DNA from: Mytilus trossulus | Taxonomy: Eukaryota | Length of the DNA: 64,000 bases | Reading direction: 5' to 3' | NCBI RefSeq assembly: GCF_036588685.1 | Contig: NC_086376.1 | Span: forward strand, 67,435,630-67,499,629 | Part shown: positions 13,457 to 27,629 of the stretch, one piece after another | Layout: every line of letters begins with the position of its first letter | How positions within the stretch are numbered: position 1 is the stretch's first letter | Notes under the pieces: generated by a model | Databases searched by the model: none | What the model saw: the letters and a program-made list of their open reading frames with translations, nothing else | What the model was told of the DNA's origin: nothing | Made by a program: the position numbers and the translations under genes

Positions 13457-14840
13457 AGGGGACGACCATTTGATATTCAGGGGGGGGGGGTGGAGGGGAG
13501 GAGGATTTTAGATAATTAGATAACTCAGCCTTGATAATCACAAAAATAAATGGTTTGTTCTGTGGTAGTTTGAAAATAAATTACCTGACTTGCAATGTAT
13601 TACAAATAAATAACTCAGCAGGTCTAATCGAAAATATGAGATGGCACCAGATTTTTCATAAATTCATCTTTTTCCCGAAAAAAATAATCTCGAAAAACTT
13701 CCCAAATCTTTTAAAAATAAAAGAAGAAGACTATTTCAATATACTTGAAATGTCTGCAAATAAGTTTCATTTAACTTGAGGTATATTTTCTCAGGAACAC
13801 TTAACTCACTTTTATTACAGGGTCGTAACTACATTTCGGCAAATGACTCATGTAGGAAATAGCAATTTAGTTTCATTTAACTTGAGGTATATTTTTTCAG
13901 GAACACTTACCTCACAATTATTAAAAGGCCGTAACAACATTAAGGCAAATGCCTCATGTAGGAAATTTCAAAACCAAACGCTTGTCTACATATCGAATTG
14001 TGTTTACGGCAAGTTCTGTTCTCCCTAAGATGTAGCCCTTGATTTTTCGGGATCAATGTTTCTTATTTATTTGTCTTTTGTTCATTGACTGCACTTATGT
14101 ATTCTCTTAATGTTGCATTCCTTTCGTTATTTAGTAATGTTGTTATTAACTTGATCATGAGTTTAAAATAGAAGCCACAGCTTTAACTATGTGAATTACA
14201 GTTTTGCTTTATCATGCATATTGGTATTTTGAAGTTGCCCTAGAAACTAAAGTCTTACAGTGAATCTATACATTTTTCTTTGAGACCAAAATATTGTCGA
14301 AAAAATTACTTGCATTTTCAGATTAAGAAAGAGTATGGGGAACACCCAGAGAGCATGATATTGCATCATTTGTTCTATAGCTTCTTGAACCTTCAGTGGC
14401 TCCAAAACCCTCAAATTTTTGGGCCTTGCTCCACTCGGCGGAACATGTTTGCCAATACTTTAAAAAAAGGCTAGATACAACCCAACTGTGCTTCTGTTTA
14501 TGTATGAAATACATGTATATGCAGTTGGGATTAAAGAAGAATCATTTCTGCAGAGGAGGAGGATCAATTCTCTTAAATGGTACACAATGACTTGACTATA
14601 CATGTATTATTTATAATAAACAAATAATTTAAAAATTGTATGTTTTCGAATATTATAAACATAGTTGTGAAAATAAACAATCAGTCCCTTGCTTTAATGA
14701 AAATGAAAAATCTTGCTTCAATAGTGCAGAAAATAGATTGCCTGTCCTCCTAGTTTACAAAAATAAATAACCGATCCAAAACAAATCCTCCTGCCCCTCT
14801 ACCCCACCCCATCCCCAAGAATAACAAATGGTCGTCCCCT
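13457..14840. mobile_element. Non-autonomous DNA transposon/MITE
   Basis: Perfect 16-bp TIRs aggggacgaccatttg (13457-13472) and caaatggtcgtcccct (14825-14840), with G-run and C-run subterminal tracts. No transposase seen. Confidence 0.8.
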
Positions 14841-15009
14841 AAGCACATTTGTGTAGAAAAATATTGAGTGTATTGATTAATTCTTTACTTACAGAACATA
14901 ATCAAATAAACATTCAGAGGTTGAACATATAGGCATAAACGAAGTGTTAAAGACATTAGTTTGTCAATGATATTGACATGACCCTTAATTAGTGTATATT
15001 CCATTCATG

Positions 15010-15139
15010 TAGCCCTTTTCACAAAAAAAAATTATAAGTGTAAAATTAATCTTACAATAAAAATATTTAGTTTAACAGTTAAGGAATATTTAAGACTTAA
15101 GATAAATTTTACTCTTAAGATTTTTTGTGAAAAGGGCTA
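15010..15139. mobile_element. Small MITE
   Basis: TIRs tagcccttttcacaaaaaa / ttttttgtgaaaagggcta, with TA at both ends. Confidence 0.7.
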
Positions 15140-16120
15140 TTTTGGTCTTGTCGAAAATATTATCCAGTGTACAAAACTGTAATAAAACAATCTAATGGAT
15201 CAAAAGATAAAGTTGTGTCAGATGTGACTACGCTCATCTTTGATTGTGATAGAAACACCCGAATGTTTTGAATAATTCGAACGTTAAATTTACAGAATAT
15301 GAGCAAACTGTATAAACATACATTTACTGAAAATGCAAATAAATAAATAATAAAAAAAAAGAAAATGCAAATAAATGGCTAAACACAATAGATTTGATTG
15401 ATAATATAGATGTTCGATTTTGGAAATATAAAATACCGACAAGTGATTGGAATCCCAATGGGAACAAAACATGTCCCTTCTTGTACAGTGGTATTCACTC
15501 AACGGTATTGATCATAAATGTATAACTCAAATTCATAAGACCCTACGAAACACACCTTGATATATGCTTGAACAATAAATGCAGATACGTAGCTCATGCA
15601 TTGTCTGTAAACAATCCAGGTGTTTCAAATAAAACGAATAAATGTGAATATATATATGTATACCATATGTCACTTAAACAGTCAACAAAGACATTGATAA
15701 CTAAAAGGCATATAAAGTGCAATCGACATACATAAACAATAGATATATATAAAAAAAATAAGGTGATGTGATATGATTGCTAATTACTTTCCACAAATAT
15801 TCAAATGAAGTAAATGTTAGCAATTATAGCCAATTATAGCCAATCGTATGGCAATCAGTAAAAAAAACCCACCGTGCAGTCGGCTTCAAAATATGCCAAA
15901 CAATTTGAATCTAAAATCTAAAAACTTTTTCTTCTCTCTAACTCTGAATTGTACATAACTTATGTAATGAGAAAATAAAGATAAAAGATTGCTCAGAACA
16001 CACAATAATTCACTGCATGATTAAAAGTGAAGGTCACTGTCACAAGAATATTCAGTAAACAAATTCAAATCGAGACACTGTAAGACACGTTGATATAGCA
16101 AATGACCAAGCAAAATAATC

Positions 16121-19100
16121 ATGGCTTTGCAATCGCAATTTCTGTTTTTGTTTTTATCTGCTTGTAAGTATTGTTAAAAACTGTTAAGGCTTATCATTTA
16201 TAGATTGATTCTATATACTGATTTTATGAATAGGTTACGGTAAAGAAATAAAGAAGTTTAGGGGTGCACAACATCCTCTTTCCGTCGTTGAAAAAATATT
16301 TCATACTTGATCAAGTAAGTGTTTATTTTTTTTCAAGATAATTTTGGGTAATTTAAAAACTTTAACTTTAAAAACGATTCATCACTTTCACCAAAATGGT
16401 GAATTTTTGATTTTTTCCTTTCAAATGGTCACTAACTATGAAAAGTTCGAAGACAAATTTAATTATAATCATATATTTACAAATAGACTGTGTATTTTCG
16501 TCCTGTCCTCCTGGCTGGTTGGTTGGTTTCAATACATCGTGTTATATGTTCCATCAGCAATCGTTATCATGGCTGCAGGCATCGGTAAGTAAAGACAATA
16601 CTCACCATAACATTGTTTTTGCTCATGTGGCCCAAAGGTCCAAAAGAACTTTTCATTCGTCGTCGTCGTCGTTTCATTCGTAGTCATTCAAAAAACATTT
16701 TCTCTAGTTGGCCAAATTTAACATAAACTAGTCACAACCATCAATGGAGTATCTAGTTTAAGACATGTGTCTGATGCTCCTGATTGCCATCAAACATACA
16801 CAATATGAATAACAATAGAACATAGGGGTAAAGTTTATTTTTTGAAATACTAGCTTAAAGGCTTTTCTACCCCAGTAATAGATTACTTCAGCTGTATTTG
16901 GTAAACTTTTAGGAAATTGGTCATCAATGCTTTTCAACTTCGCACTTATTTGGCCTTGTAAACTTTTTTGTATTCGAGCCTCGGTGATGAGTCTTTTTAA
17001 GACGAAACGCGCGTCTCGCGTAAATACAAAATGTAATCCTGGTATCTATGATGAGTCTATCAACAACCACTGTGTCGATGCCAGTGCTGTTTGAGTTTTA
17101 ATTCCCCGAGGGTATCACCATCCCAGTAGTCAGCACTTTCTGTGCTGACATTAATTATCATTGATATGGTCATATTTATAAAGAAACTGTTTACAAATAA
17201 TTCAATTTTTGAAATACTAATGCTTTTCTACCACAGGAACAGATTACTTTATCTGTATTTGGTAAACTTTTAGGAATTTTTGTCATCAATGGTTTTCGAC
17301 TTCGTACTTTATTTGGCCTTTTTAACTTTTTTGGATTCGAGCGTCACTGATGAGTCTTTTGTAGACGAAATACGCGTCTTGCATAAATACAAAATTTAAT
17401 CCTGGTATCTATGATGAGTTATTCTATTAGTACAATGATCGGCTAGACGTGATCTACAAATGAGTCAACATAATCGAAATCGTTGGACGACTTAATTTTA
17501 AGTTATTGTCAATAAAAAAAGTTTTACTATTTTAACCATCTACTAGTATTTGCGTTTTGGTCAAAGATCTTAAAAATATATAACTTTAAAAGCAAAATAG
17601 TTAATAAGACAAGATCTGCAATTAAGACTAACAGCCAAACCCGACAATCGAATCCCTATTGTAATTTCTGTTTATGAAAACTTTTACGTTAATCACTATA
17701 AATAGCAAAACTAATAAGGAGAAAAACAAGATCTACACTTAAGTTAAATCCCAACATCAATGTTAAACTCCTTATAGAAGTAATTCCTCTTTTATGACGA
17801 TTGTTTTAGCTAAATTTTTGTAATTGCTTTAAGCCAAAACTGAAGGAGATAAAGAAATGATCAGCAATATAAAATCCACAAAACACAATTTAGTGTCTTA
17901 AATTCCATTCTAGTCCACAATGTTGGAGAGTGTACATTGTTGTAAATGCACATAGGCATCAGTTAGCTAGCTACATATGCTCTTTCTGGTTCTGTTTCTT
18001 TTCGTAATGACTTTAAAGATACCTTCAAAATAACACTTTAGTGAATCGGCATGAGCAATAGTCATAAAGATACATAGAGTACTCAGGATGAATCTTACAT
18101 TTTCAGTGTTATTAAAAAATCTCAAATTATTTTAACCGAGTTAATATACGTTAATTGCACTTTCTTTTAATTTGTCGAAAATAAGAAAATATGCGTCTTT
18201 AGTTTAATTAAAAATTTGAAAAAAACAATGATTAAGGATTAAGTCGTGTCTATATATGATTTGGCTGTAATTAATATTAATGGGCGATGATACTTTTCGT
18301 GCATTAACTATGTCAAACAGGTAGTTGCGCTTACTATGTGAAGACGTCTTCTGCTTTAAAGAAAATTAACACATGGTTTCAATTGTTAACAAAACATTTA
18401 CTGGAAATTATTTGTTACCTTGAGATTTTCTTCAAGGTTAACAGATAAGACCTTGAAGCTTATTCTGTATGAGTTAAATGAGAAGAAGGGCACATGGTTT
18501 CTTTAAACTTCGTGGTATTCTGCCATGTCTTTTTGAAAAGGTGAAACTTGACAATTGTTTTGGAAAACTTTTAACTAATGCAACAAATGTTAAATGGTGC
18601 AATTTCGATAATCATAAATAATCATATTTTCTAAGTTGTATAAAAATTATGTTCAACAAATCTAAGAGAAAATGTAATAATGCTTTTTATAATTACTTTG
18701 CAGCATTACTATCTGTCATTAGGTGGACATTAAGCTCGAATTGAAACTGAAGTAGAAAAAAATTTAATCCACGAAGAATTAAAGCATTTACCAGGTGAGC
18801 GACTTATGTTAATTAAATTGAGGGGACATACAGTACTTAATAACGATACAAGACGTATTTGGATACTCCTCATTCTATAATAGCTATAGAGTATTATAAA
18901 ACAAAACACTGAAGTAACGTTTGTGAGATAACTTCAAATGAAATTGTAAACCAACTAATTTTGTAAGCAATTCATTTACTCGACTTTCGCAAATACAAAA
19001 ATAACCAGAAAATGAATCATTGCAAATTTGAATTTTCTGTTACAAAAACATTGATCATCCCGTCTCGAGATGTCTGAACACATGTATATTAGAGATAATT

Positions 19101-19365
19101 TGGTTAATAGTCATTGATGTTATGTTTCTATATTAAAAAGGTCAGTATTGGCTAGATGGAATAGATGATGTTGTTGAATCCGAATGGCGCTGGGCATCAA
19201 CATATGGTAAAATAGAGCCAACATTTTGGTACCCTGGAGAACCAAACCAACTCACAACAGAGGAAGTTTTGTATGGAAATACAAAACGCATACCGAGGCC
19301 TTTGGAATGACTAGGGGTGTTCTAAACATGAATATAGTATTTGTGAAAAAGAATTTTCACGGTAA
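16121..19365 (+). pseudogene. C-type lectin B, full-length pseudogene (EPN/WND)
   Basis: Exons 16121-16163, 16487-16584, 18704-18794, 19141-19365 with intact splice sites. Lesions: Cys to Tyr and TAA (18731-18733) in exon 3; +1 frameshift near 19270 and TAG (19312-19314) in exon 4. Confidence 0.88.
16840..17421 (+). mobile_element. Tandem retrozyme-like repeat (about 1.6 units, 363-nt spacing) with two hammerhead motifs, in lectin B intron 2
   Basis: Cores at 16984 (gtgatga, C to G) and 17347 (ctgatga), each followed by gtc..gac-gaaa..cgcgtc. Flanking sequence is directly repeated. Confidence 0.8.
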
Positions 19366-19866
19366 TTAACAATACTATGCTGATGAAATAAAATATAGAA
19401 TTTCTAATTGAGTTCTGAGACTTTATTTATGAAACAGATAAAAAATAATTGTTTATAGGCTTATAACTAAGCTAGCTAGATATTTTATGTACACATAAAA
19501 AACATTTCATTGGTAATTATTTGGTCATACAGTACATACAAAAAGTGTGTTGTTTGTGGTCTTTTTGATATTTTGGATTGTTTCTTCATATTTGAATTAG
19601 GGCTTGAAACGTTAATTGCTTGAAGTGCAAAACTACAAGCAAAAAAATAACGCAAACACAGCTTTATTTCGTTATCATGTTATAAATTTGAACACGTGAG
19701 TCAAGACTTTTTCAAACGTTATATATTTCTACACGATGTATTTTAATAAAGATATAACTGCCTCTAATCCTTTTTAGATAAGGCTTGGCTTATATTTATC
19801 TTGTCCAAAAACTAAGAGAAAAACATATTATAGGGCATTCGTAAAACAAAAAGAAGATAGTTGTAA

Positions 19867-21231
19867 TTACAATAAACAGGCCGGACAGCTGCCACAACTA
19901 CTGGGAAAACATTTTCGATAGGAGTTGAATCCATTTGAGGTTGACAATTTAAAATCAAAACTAGACGAATTAAGTTCGCATTCTTTTGTGTTGGCGTTGT
20001 AGTTAAAACCAGTACATTCCACAAGGGTGCGACATTTGTCAGAGAATTGAAGTCTAGATCTAACGACTTGACAGTAGCCAAAAATATTGTTTCAACTGCC
20101 TTGATATCTTTTGTGCTACACGTGCTGAAATGAATAACAAAGGTGTCTGCAACTGAAAGAGAAGTATGGTTATTAGTCCAAATTTTAAGTTTAACGTATA
20201 TGTGTCAATATAAAAGCTTGACGTAGTTTCATCTGTAATTTCTATTTACAATTTGCTTTAGTGTGTATGTCAGAGGCCGAGTCTCTCTTATGGAGCTACA
20301 TATTTGATAAATGCAAATGCATAATTTTTTTACAAAAATCAGTTTAAACGTTGGCTAACTAGCCTCCTTTCAAAATCCTGTATCCGCATCTTTACGTAGC
20401 GAAAAATTATATTAATTGACATTTGAAAGCAAAAAATGAGAAAAACAATATTTGGCGACAGGTCTTTTCCTCCGCCGACATGACGCTGCCATTCACTGGT
20501 TGAAAAACATGTCCGTTTTCGCTGGCATTTTAATCAAGTGTCGTCTCTTTCCTTTCATCAGGGTTCACGAATCGATCATCATTTGATGGTTTTAGGTTTT
20601 TTTTATATTCTATTTGATGTTCTAAGTAATTGCTGTTATTTGTAGGTTATACTTTGGACAAATCTGTATATTTATTCTGTGGTTTTTTTTTGGCGTTTCT
20701 TTGTAGTGTCATTGACGTTTACCATAAATCTTAGTATAATTTACAATATGTAGACTTACCATCAAATATCTTCCAATCTCCATCAGATCCATGTTTAGTC
20801 ATTAAGCCAATAGCATTTACTGTGAATTGGCGCTGATCGATCCAGTCTGCTAATATATATTTGTCTAGATATATGCCTCCGCCTAGTTTCAAATGTCCGT
20901 TTTTCCAACTTATCCAGAACTGTCGATATTTTGAACAGTCCATGAGCTGTGAGTTCGTTTTATTAAAAAATACTTCACTCCTGGTTCTCCTTAGGGAAAC
21001 GCCATCATTGAGTAAGCCAATAACAACTTTGTAGTAGTTGTTTGGGGCATTAAAGGTTCGTGTTTCACTCAGTGCTACGTAAACATTACTACAAGCTTTT
21101 ATCATAAAATTCATAAATGATCGATTTGTAGTGTTTAATACATTGTCGGACAACTGTTTGTATAAAATCAAGAATTGATCTCTCATATCACCCTTGTTTT
21201 CTGTGTGGATGTAGTTTTGACACCAAAGCAA
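19867..21231 (-). pseudogene. Farnesoic acid O-methyltransferase-like (Methyltransf_FA) domain + PAN/Apple-like domain gene, frameshifted
   Basis: Exon about 21231-20760 encodes FMIKAC..VALS..YKVVIG..MDCSKYRQFWISWKNGHLKLG..WID..VNAIGLMTKHGSDGDWKI and ends at a GTAAG donor. Next exon starts at 20152 after tttcAG. After a shift near 20060 it reads SDKCRTLVECTGFNYNANTKECELN..CGSCPACLL* (stop 19867-19869). The true start is unresolved. Confidence 0.75.
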
Positions 21232-22179
21232 ATGAAAAGTTGTGTATTAAATGTTCGAAAAGCATGATTTGACAGTTGCAAAGCAGTAAAATTGCACGAA
21301 TTGGACATATCACCAGCTTAAACTATTTGATTCATGGGTTAAATTTTTTTTTTTTTTTTTTATTGTTGTAGATTTTTTTATGTATGAATACTCAGTTGAA
21401 AAAACAATATCAGAATGTAGTCTCGAATATTTCTAATCCAGTAAAAAATTGAAGTTTTTTTAAATCGTTCGATTTAAGGTAGATCATAAGTATATATTTT
21501 TTGAGACAGAATTCTCTTATAATTTGCCAAAATGAAGATTTTACTATGATTTTTTCAAAAATTTAATAAAAAGAAGTAAGAGTCACCGTGCTCTATTTCA
21601 AGCTATGAGTCGTTGAAAATTGCCAAAATTTGATTAGTTTGTTCATGAAAAGATAGAATTTCAAAACAAATTGTGATTGATATTTGTTAACATATTTTGT
21701 TTAATACGATTAATTAACAAGTTTTCTTTATATAAAAAAAACCAGTCTGACCATGAAATTGCAAATATGTCTCCAAATTTGCAGATTCAGTGGTTGTTTT
21801 TGGGGTTGCCTTCCATATTTGCTTTTTTTTTTTTTTTTGTACATAAATCAGCTATTGGCATTTTTCATTTACATTTTGCCATGTTGGGAACTTCATTGGG
21901 TTTTCTCTTGTTCAAGGACGTACAATGACCTATAGTTTATATCTGATGAATAGTTGTCTTTTAGCAATCATACCGCATCTTTTTATTTTTATTTTATGAT
22001 GAAAATACATTGAGGTCCCAACATGCTAAAAAGGCAAAAATTAGTTGTACCTGGAACAACTTTTCTAAAAGGGGGATCCACTTATTTTTAATAATATAAA
22101 AGATGATCGATTGAAGTCCATGAATATTCACAAATATATTAAAACATCAAAAACTGTCCAAGATCTTTCCCGAGGTACC

Positions 22180-22685
22180 TGTACTGGCTTTCCGCAGGCC
22201 CAAAAGCCTAATGGACTTGCTGGTGAGAGCTGATTTATCTCTTCAAGCAAGCTCTTCATAATTGGGCTCTTGTGAGGGTTGTGGAAACAAACGATGTCTG
22301 ACTTGCAAACAAATACTGATTACCCAGACTTTGAACTGTCTCTCCACTGGTACTAAATACACCATATTTTGCAATGTTAATTGCAATACTACAAATGTTG
22401 TGTATCTCCGTCAGTGTAAATGTGGTAAACAGTTTGTTGGCGAGTCAGAACAGCCGTTTCAGTAACGAATGAACGGTCATCGTAGCGACTACGAATGCAA
22501 ACCAGACCTCCCTCTTAGTCGACATTTGAAATCCTCTGGCCACACTAAGGCAGATGTCATGCAATCAACTGTCCATTACAATCATCGATCACAACACTGC
22601 TTGGTCTAGTGAGGATAGACTTACTTGGGAAAGATTTTGGATAAGAAATTAATAACTTTGGCGCCAAATGGGATAAATGAAAAGA
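22180..22685 (+). mobile_element. Penelope-like element GIY-YIG endonuclease fragment (Cys-rich linker, Neptune-like)
   Basis: FRRPKSLMDLLVRA..CGNKRCLTC..NCNTTNVVYLRQCKCGKQFVGES..RMNGHRS..ERFWIRKL.TLAPNGINE, with stops and frameshifts. Confidence 0.85.
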
Positions 22686-24979
22686 TGTTCGGTTTGAGTT
22701 TTTTATTTGTATTTTCGAGATTGTAACAGTTTAATCTAAGTAGACTGGTAAATGATTCATTCAACATCACACTCATATATACGGATGAAGGATATCTGTT
22801 ATCCGAAATATTTATAAATAAGTTAACACATAACTCTTTGTTGTAGAAGGGTATAAACAGCACAAACAACATTTTCCAAAAGACCAAAAAAGTTAAAAAG
22901 GATATTTAAACAAAACGCAATTGACTAACAGGTCGAACAACTGATGTTCTTTAACCCTGCTGACTGCCATTGACGATTGCCAAATAAAATTGATCACAAG
23001 ATGTTACAAAATGGATCTTAATATAAATTTAATACTAAACAGAAAACAAATATATATAAAATATATTTATACAAATCCGACATCAAATGTTTATTCTGTT
23101 TTGCTACCATGACTATAAGAAATCAAATTAGATGACAGTTAGTAAATTACACTTCAAAAACAATTTAAAATTATGCGTGCCTTTATGACGTCGTTTACCA
23201 GATAGAGGGGATCGCCTGTATACCTGTATTAGTAACCTTCGTCAAGCCTCTTAGTGTTCGTCATTGTGCAGGATCAACTAGAAATAATATTTGTTCCGTA
23301 GGAACATGTACCTCATCACAATTCCCTTATGATAGCAGTGCATGATATCAATTATAAATATTTAATTTGCAGAATAATTCGTTCAATATAGCATTATGAT
23401 TTCCCCATAAATCGCCAAACAAAGGAACGGAAGTGACGACGTCCATAAACGTACGAATGCTGTTCACTAAAAACAGTTTTTGACGGATTTCCAACGAACT
23501 CGAAAGTTGTCTATTGCAATGGGGAATGGAAAGTCAATTGAATATTTTCCCGCGTAAAAGTCATACATTAAACGTAATACACCATTTTTAGGGCTATACT
23601 GTCGTTAATAACTAAGTTATTTTGTCACAGTAAAAGATAGCATACAAATGTAATTTATATATAATTATAATGATTTTGAACTTAATCACTATATCTGAAA
23701 AAAATACTAATTCTCGCAAACAACGCTAAATAATATACATTTACTCGACTCGGAATCTAAAAACCCGTAAGATATAATAGTATGGAATTGAACCAATGTG
23801 GAATCAATAAAGATATCACGAATCGCCAAAAAAAATGCACAGTACTCAAAAGCATTCGGGTACCTAAAAATCAGCCCAATTACCAATTCGCTGGTCAGCT
23901 TTTCATATCCCCAAACAGCTGCAATGTAGCAACTTAAAATAAGTTAAGTATATCTGCGAGCACACTTATAAAACAGAAAAATACATCCAACAAGAGAAAA
24001 GATTGAAAAACTGTCAGTAAAAAGCATGAACATATATCTTTTTAAACACGTTGTACACAGTAGATTTGAAACTAAAAAGTGCTATAAAACAGTAAGACAA
24101 AAAAACAAACAAACAAAGAGTTTAACAGTCTAAATTCATTACAAAAGCACTATCTACTGCCTAAGCAGAACAATAACTTTTCGAACCATTCCAGAAGTGT
24201 TTCAGACATCTGTTCAATTGAGAAACGGTACTACTATTAAAAAAAATTGTTTACCATACCTTGTTGTGTATAATCTTGGCATGTTACTGAACCTGAAAGC
24301 ATACATGTATTTTGAATTGTTCGTAAAGATTAATGACAGGAAATCGACAAAATTTAACCATCGTACTTTTTCGTATTCCAACGTTTTCCCCCAAAAAATA
24401 TTGAACAGATATTTTATGTTCAGTAAGGACATTGGCAACATGAATATCAGTCGATAGAAAGTCATAACTCCCTGAGCCTCTAGTACTGCAAACCAACATA
24501 TTTTCGCGGATGCTTAATTTAACGTTTTACTCTTTCTAGCCCACAACGCGGCTATTTAATTTCGCGATTTTCTATTTAACTGTATGTATTTTAGTAATGA
24601 AAGATCCATGTTTTACATATTCTCGATAATCTATACTTGCGCTATTTTTCTGCTCGCGAAAGTCGCGACGATAAATTGCTCGTGAAAAAAAAATGGTTTA
24701 CAGTATTCATTATCAAATCTTGTTTTCAAATATTCTCCGCTAACATGTATTTTAAATTAAACCGATTATCAAAAGGGATCTTCATAAAATTCAATTTAAT
24801 TTCATTAAAGTGTTTTTCACTTTCAAGAAAAATGCTTTTAAATTACGCACATTGACGTATGCTCCGCCAATATTATAAAACGGAAAAGCGTGTTGGCAAA
24901 TATCAGGACCGAGTGGGGGTGGGGGAATAAATGTTTGTCTTTTTCCATACACCAAGACGAATGAATGTATTAATCAGAT

Positions 24980-26525
24980 CAAAGATATATATATAAAGTG
25001 AAGTCAGAAAGAAGCTTCGTAAATCGTTTTTGTGCGTTTATTGATTTTAAAAAGGCATATAATACCATCAATAGAATTATACTATGGTCCAAGTTTCCAA
25101 GTTAAACGTTATTGGTGTAGCTGTAAATTTTTGTGCTGCTATACAGTCTATTTATTCAAATGCATTTTGTTGAGTTCGATTAAACGGCAATTTATCAGAA
25201 TGGTTTAATGTCATCAGTGGCCTTAAACAAGGATGTCCATTATCACCTTTGTTAGTTAATCTCTGTATAAATGACCTAGATTCATTCTTGAAATCATATG
25301 AGTGTGGTATTGATATTGATGATGAAAAGGTGTGTATTTTGCTTTATGCTAATGATGTGGTTTTACTAGCAAATGATGAAAAAAGAATTACAAATTCTGT
25401 TAAATGCATTAGATACATGGTGTTGAGATAATTGTATGACTATTGATTCCAAAAAGTGTAATATTGTGAATTACAGACCACCTTCTGTTAATAAGTCACA
25501 TGTTGAATTTATATGTGGGAATGATATCATTGAATATTCTACTACTTATACATATTTAGGTTTAGTTTTAAGTGAATTTTTAGATTATAATGTAACTGCT
25601 GAAGCTGTTTCAGCATCTGCAAATAGAGCACTTGGCCTTGTTATAGCTAAGTGCAAAATCTTTGGTGGTGTTACTCATAATGTCTTTTCAAAATTATATG
25701 AGAGTTCGGTGCTTCCAATTGTTGAATATGGTGCTGGTATTTAAGGTTTCTTTTATAAATGCAATCCATACTAGAGCTTGCAGATTTGTTCTTGGAGTGG
25801 GTAATTATACTCCATATGCTACAGTTGCAGGGATATGGGGTGGATACCTATCTTTCAAAAATAATGGCAATGCTGAATTCGACTATGTTGCCGTTGGAAC
25901 AATATGAGTTCTGATCGTTTAAACAGAAAAAATAGTAAAAACCATAAGTGTATAAAAAAATTAGAATTTTTATGTAGAAAAACATTTTCTGAGTATAATG
26001 CAGAACATTTGTGTATCATTACAAAATATGTTGATAGTACTTCAGTTGTCAATACTGTTACGTCTAAAATGTTTAGTAAATATGTCGAACAGTGGCAATG
26101 CAATTTACAGTCAGAGAAAGCTTTATCTGGTAAAGGTGGTAACAAACTTCGTACATATAATCTATTTAAGAACAGTTTTGAAACGTAAACTTATTGTAAA
26201 TTATTGTAAGTTATTTTGCCAAATTTTGATGTGGTGTACCACTAAGAATAGAAACGGAGAGATTTGAAAATTATTTTAAAAAGATCGAGTCTGTGATAAT
26301 TGTATGAATATTTTAGAAGATGACGCCCATGTTATTTTATCGTGTCAATGACGATTTTAGAAAAAAAATATTTGATGAAGCAACACATTTTAATAGTGAT
26401 TTTATGTCTTTTGATGATACACAGAAATTAGTGTTTTTGTTTCTGATAATAATATGATTCGTAGCAGCGCCAAAGCCTGTAATCTTATTATAAATAGACG
26501 TAGAAATGTTTTATACTGTAAATAA
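24980..26525 (+). mobile_element. 5'-truncated decayed LINE reverse transcriptase (RTE-X-like)
   Basis: CAFIDFKKAY, GLKQGCPLSP, LLYANDVVL, YTYLG, NKLRTY and a C-terminal C-x2-C..ED..H..C motif. Many stops and frameshifts. Confidence 0.88.
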
Positions 26526-27629
26526 TGTTCTTGTCAATATGTTTTATTATAGACGAATTCTTTATAGATAAGTAGATGAAAATATCCTTAAGCTTTGAGT
26601 TAAGGTAAACATGCACTGCAGATAAAACAAGTACGATGATTAGAACTTGTATTTAGGAAACAAGTATGTAGAATAAATAGGCTAAATGAATCTATTCTCA
26701 GTAGTATATTGTATCTTAAGCGATCAAATACATGGTAGTCAGTGAATAAAGTATTTACTAGTACCAATGAGGTTATATTAGATAACCTACTTGCTAGTAC
26801 ATAAATGATGTTTCAATTAAAAATAATATGGAGCGAACAGCATATAAACAATTGAATAAAGTTAATGTATTAAAAATGTTATTTTACCAAGATAAAACAA
26901 ACTTACCAAGAACAAGAAAGGCTGTGAAACGTTTTAAAACCACATTCCTATTTCTTATTCATTTGATAAGCTAAAAAAGTCGTTAAAAAATGTCTTCATA
27001 TTCATTGTTTGCTTAAGAGAGCCAAATGTAAATGCTTTGTAGCAATTTAAAATAATAAATTTGAAGAATAAGGAAATGAACAGATTTACACAGTATTGTC
27101 AGCTATACAAGACTTAAAAGATTTAATATGCAGTAAACGATAGACGTGTTTTATTTTTGATGCAGTCATTGGGCAATTTTATTGTGATTAAAGCAATTAT
27201 CGATAAAATAAAAAACCCACTTCCTGATCATAAATGTAACGCCGGATTTTCTGTCAATATTCAATATTATATTTATATTGAATTAAATTAGCTTTCATCC
27301 TATAATCATTCTTGTTTGTTTTTGTTTTGACATATATCTTTACAAGTAAAATATATGAATTTAGACTGTAGCTGATAAGGTAAAAATAACAAAATCCATT
27401 TCATCTGACGTTTTAGATTGGTCTGTTATTGTGTAAACGGGGATGTTAAGAATTCAAAAACATAAATTCCCGCCATGTCTGGTTTCCTCCACTGATTGAA
27501 AAAAACCAACAGTTACACAAAAAACAACACCCTAAAAAGAATCACGAATAAATCATGGGAAATTTTTCTAGAAATAAGGATCTTCTCTTATATAGATTCA
27601 TCTACATTATTAAATGTTTAACTCTACAG

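Noticed and set aside
19812-20081. 89-aa ORF as a stand-alone gene
   Set aside because: It is mostly the shifted frame of the PAN-like exon.
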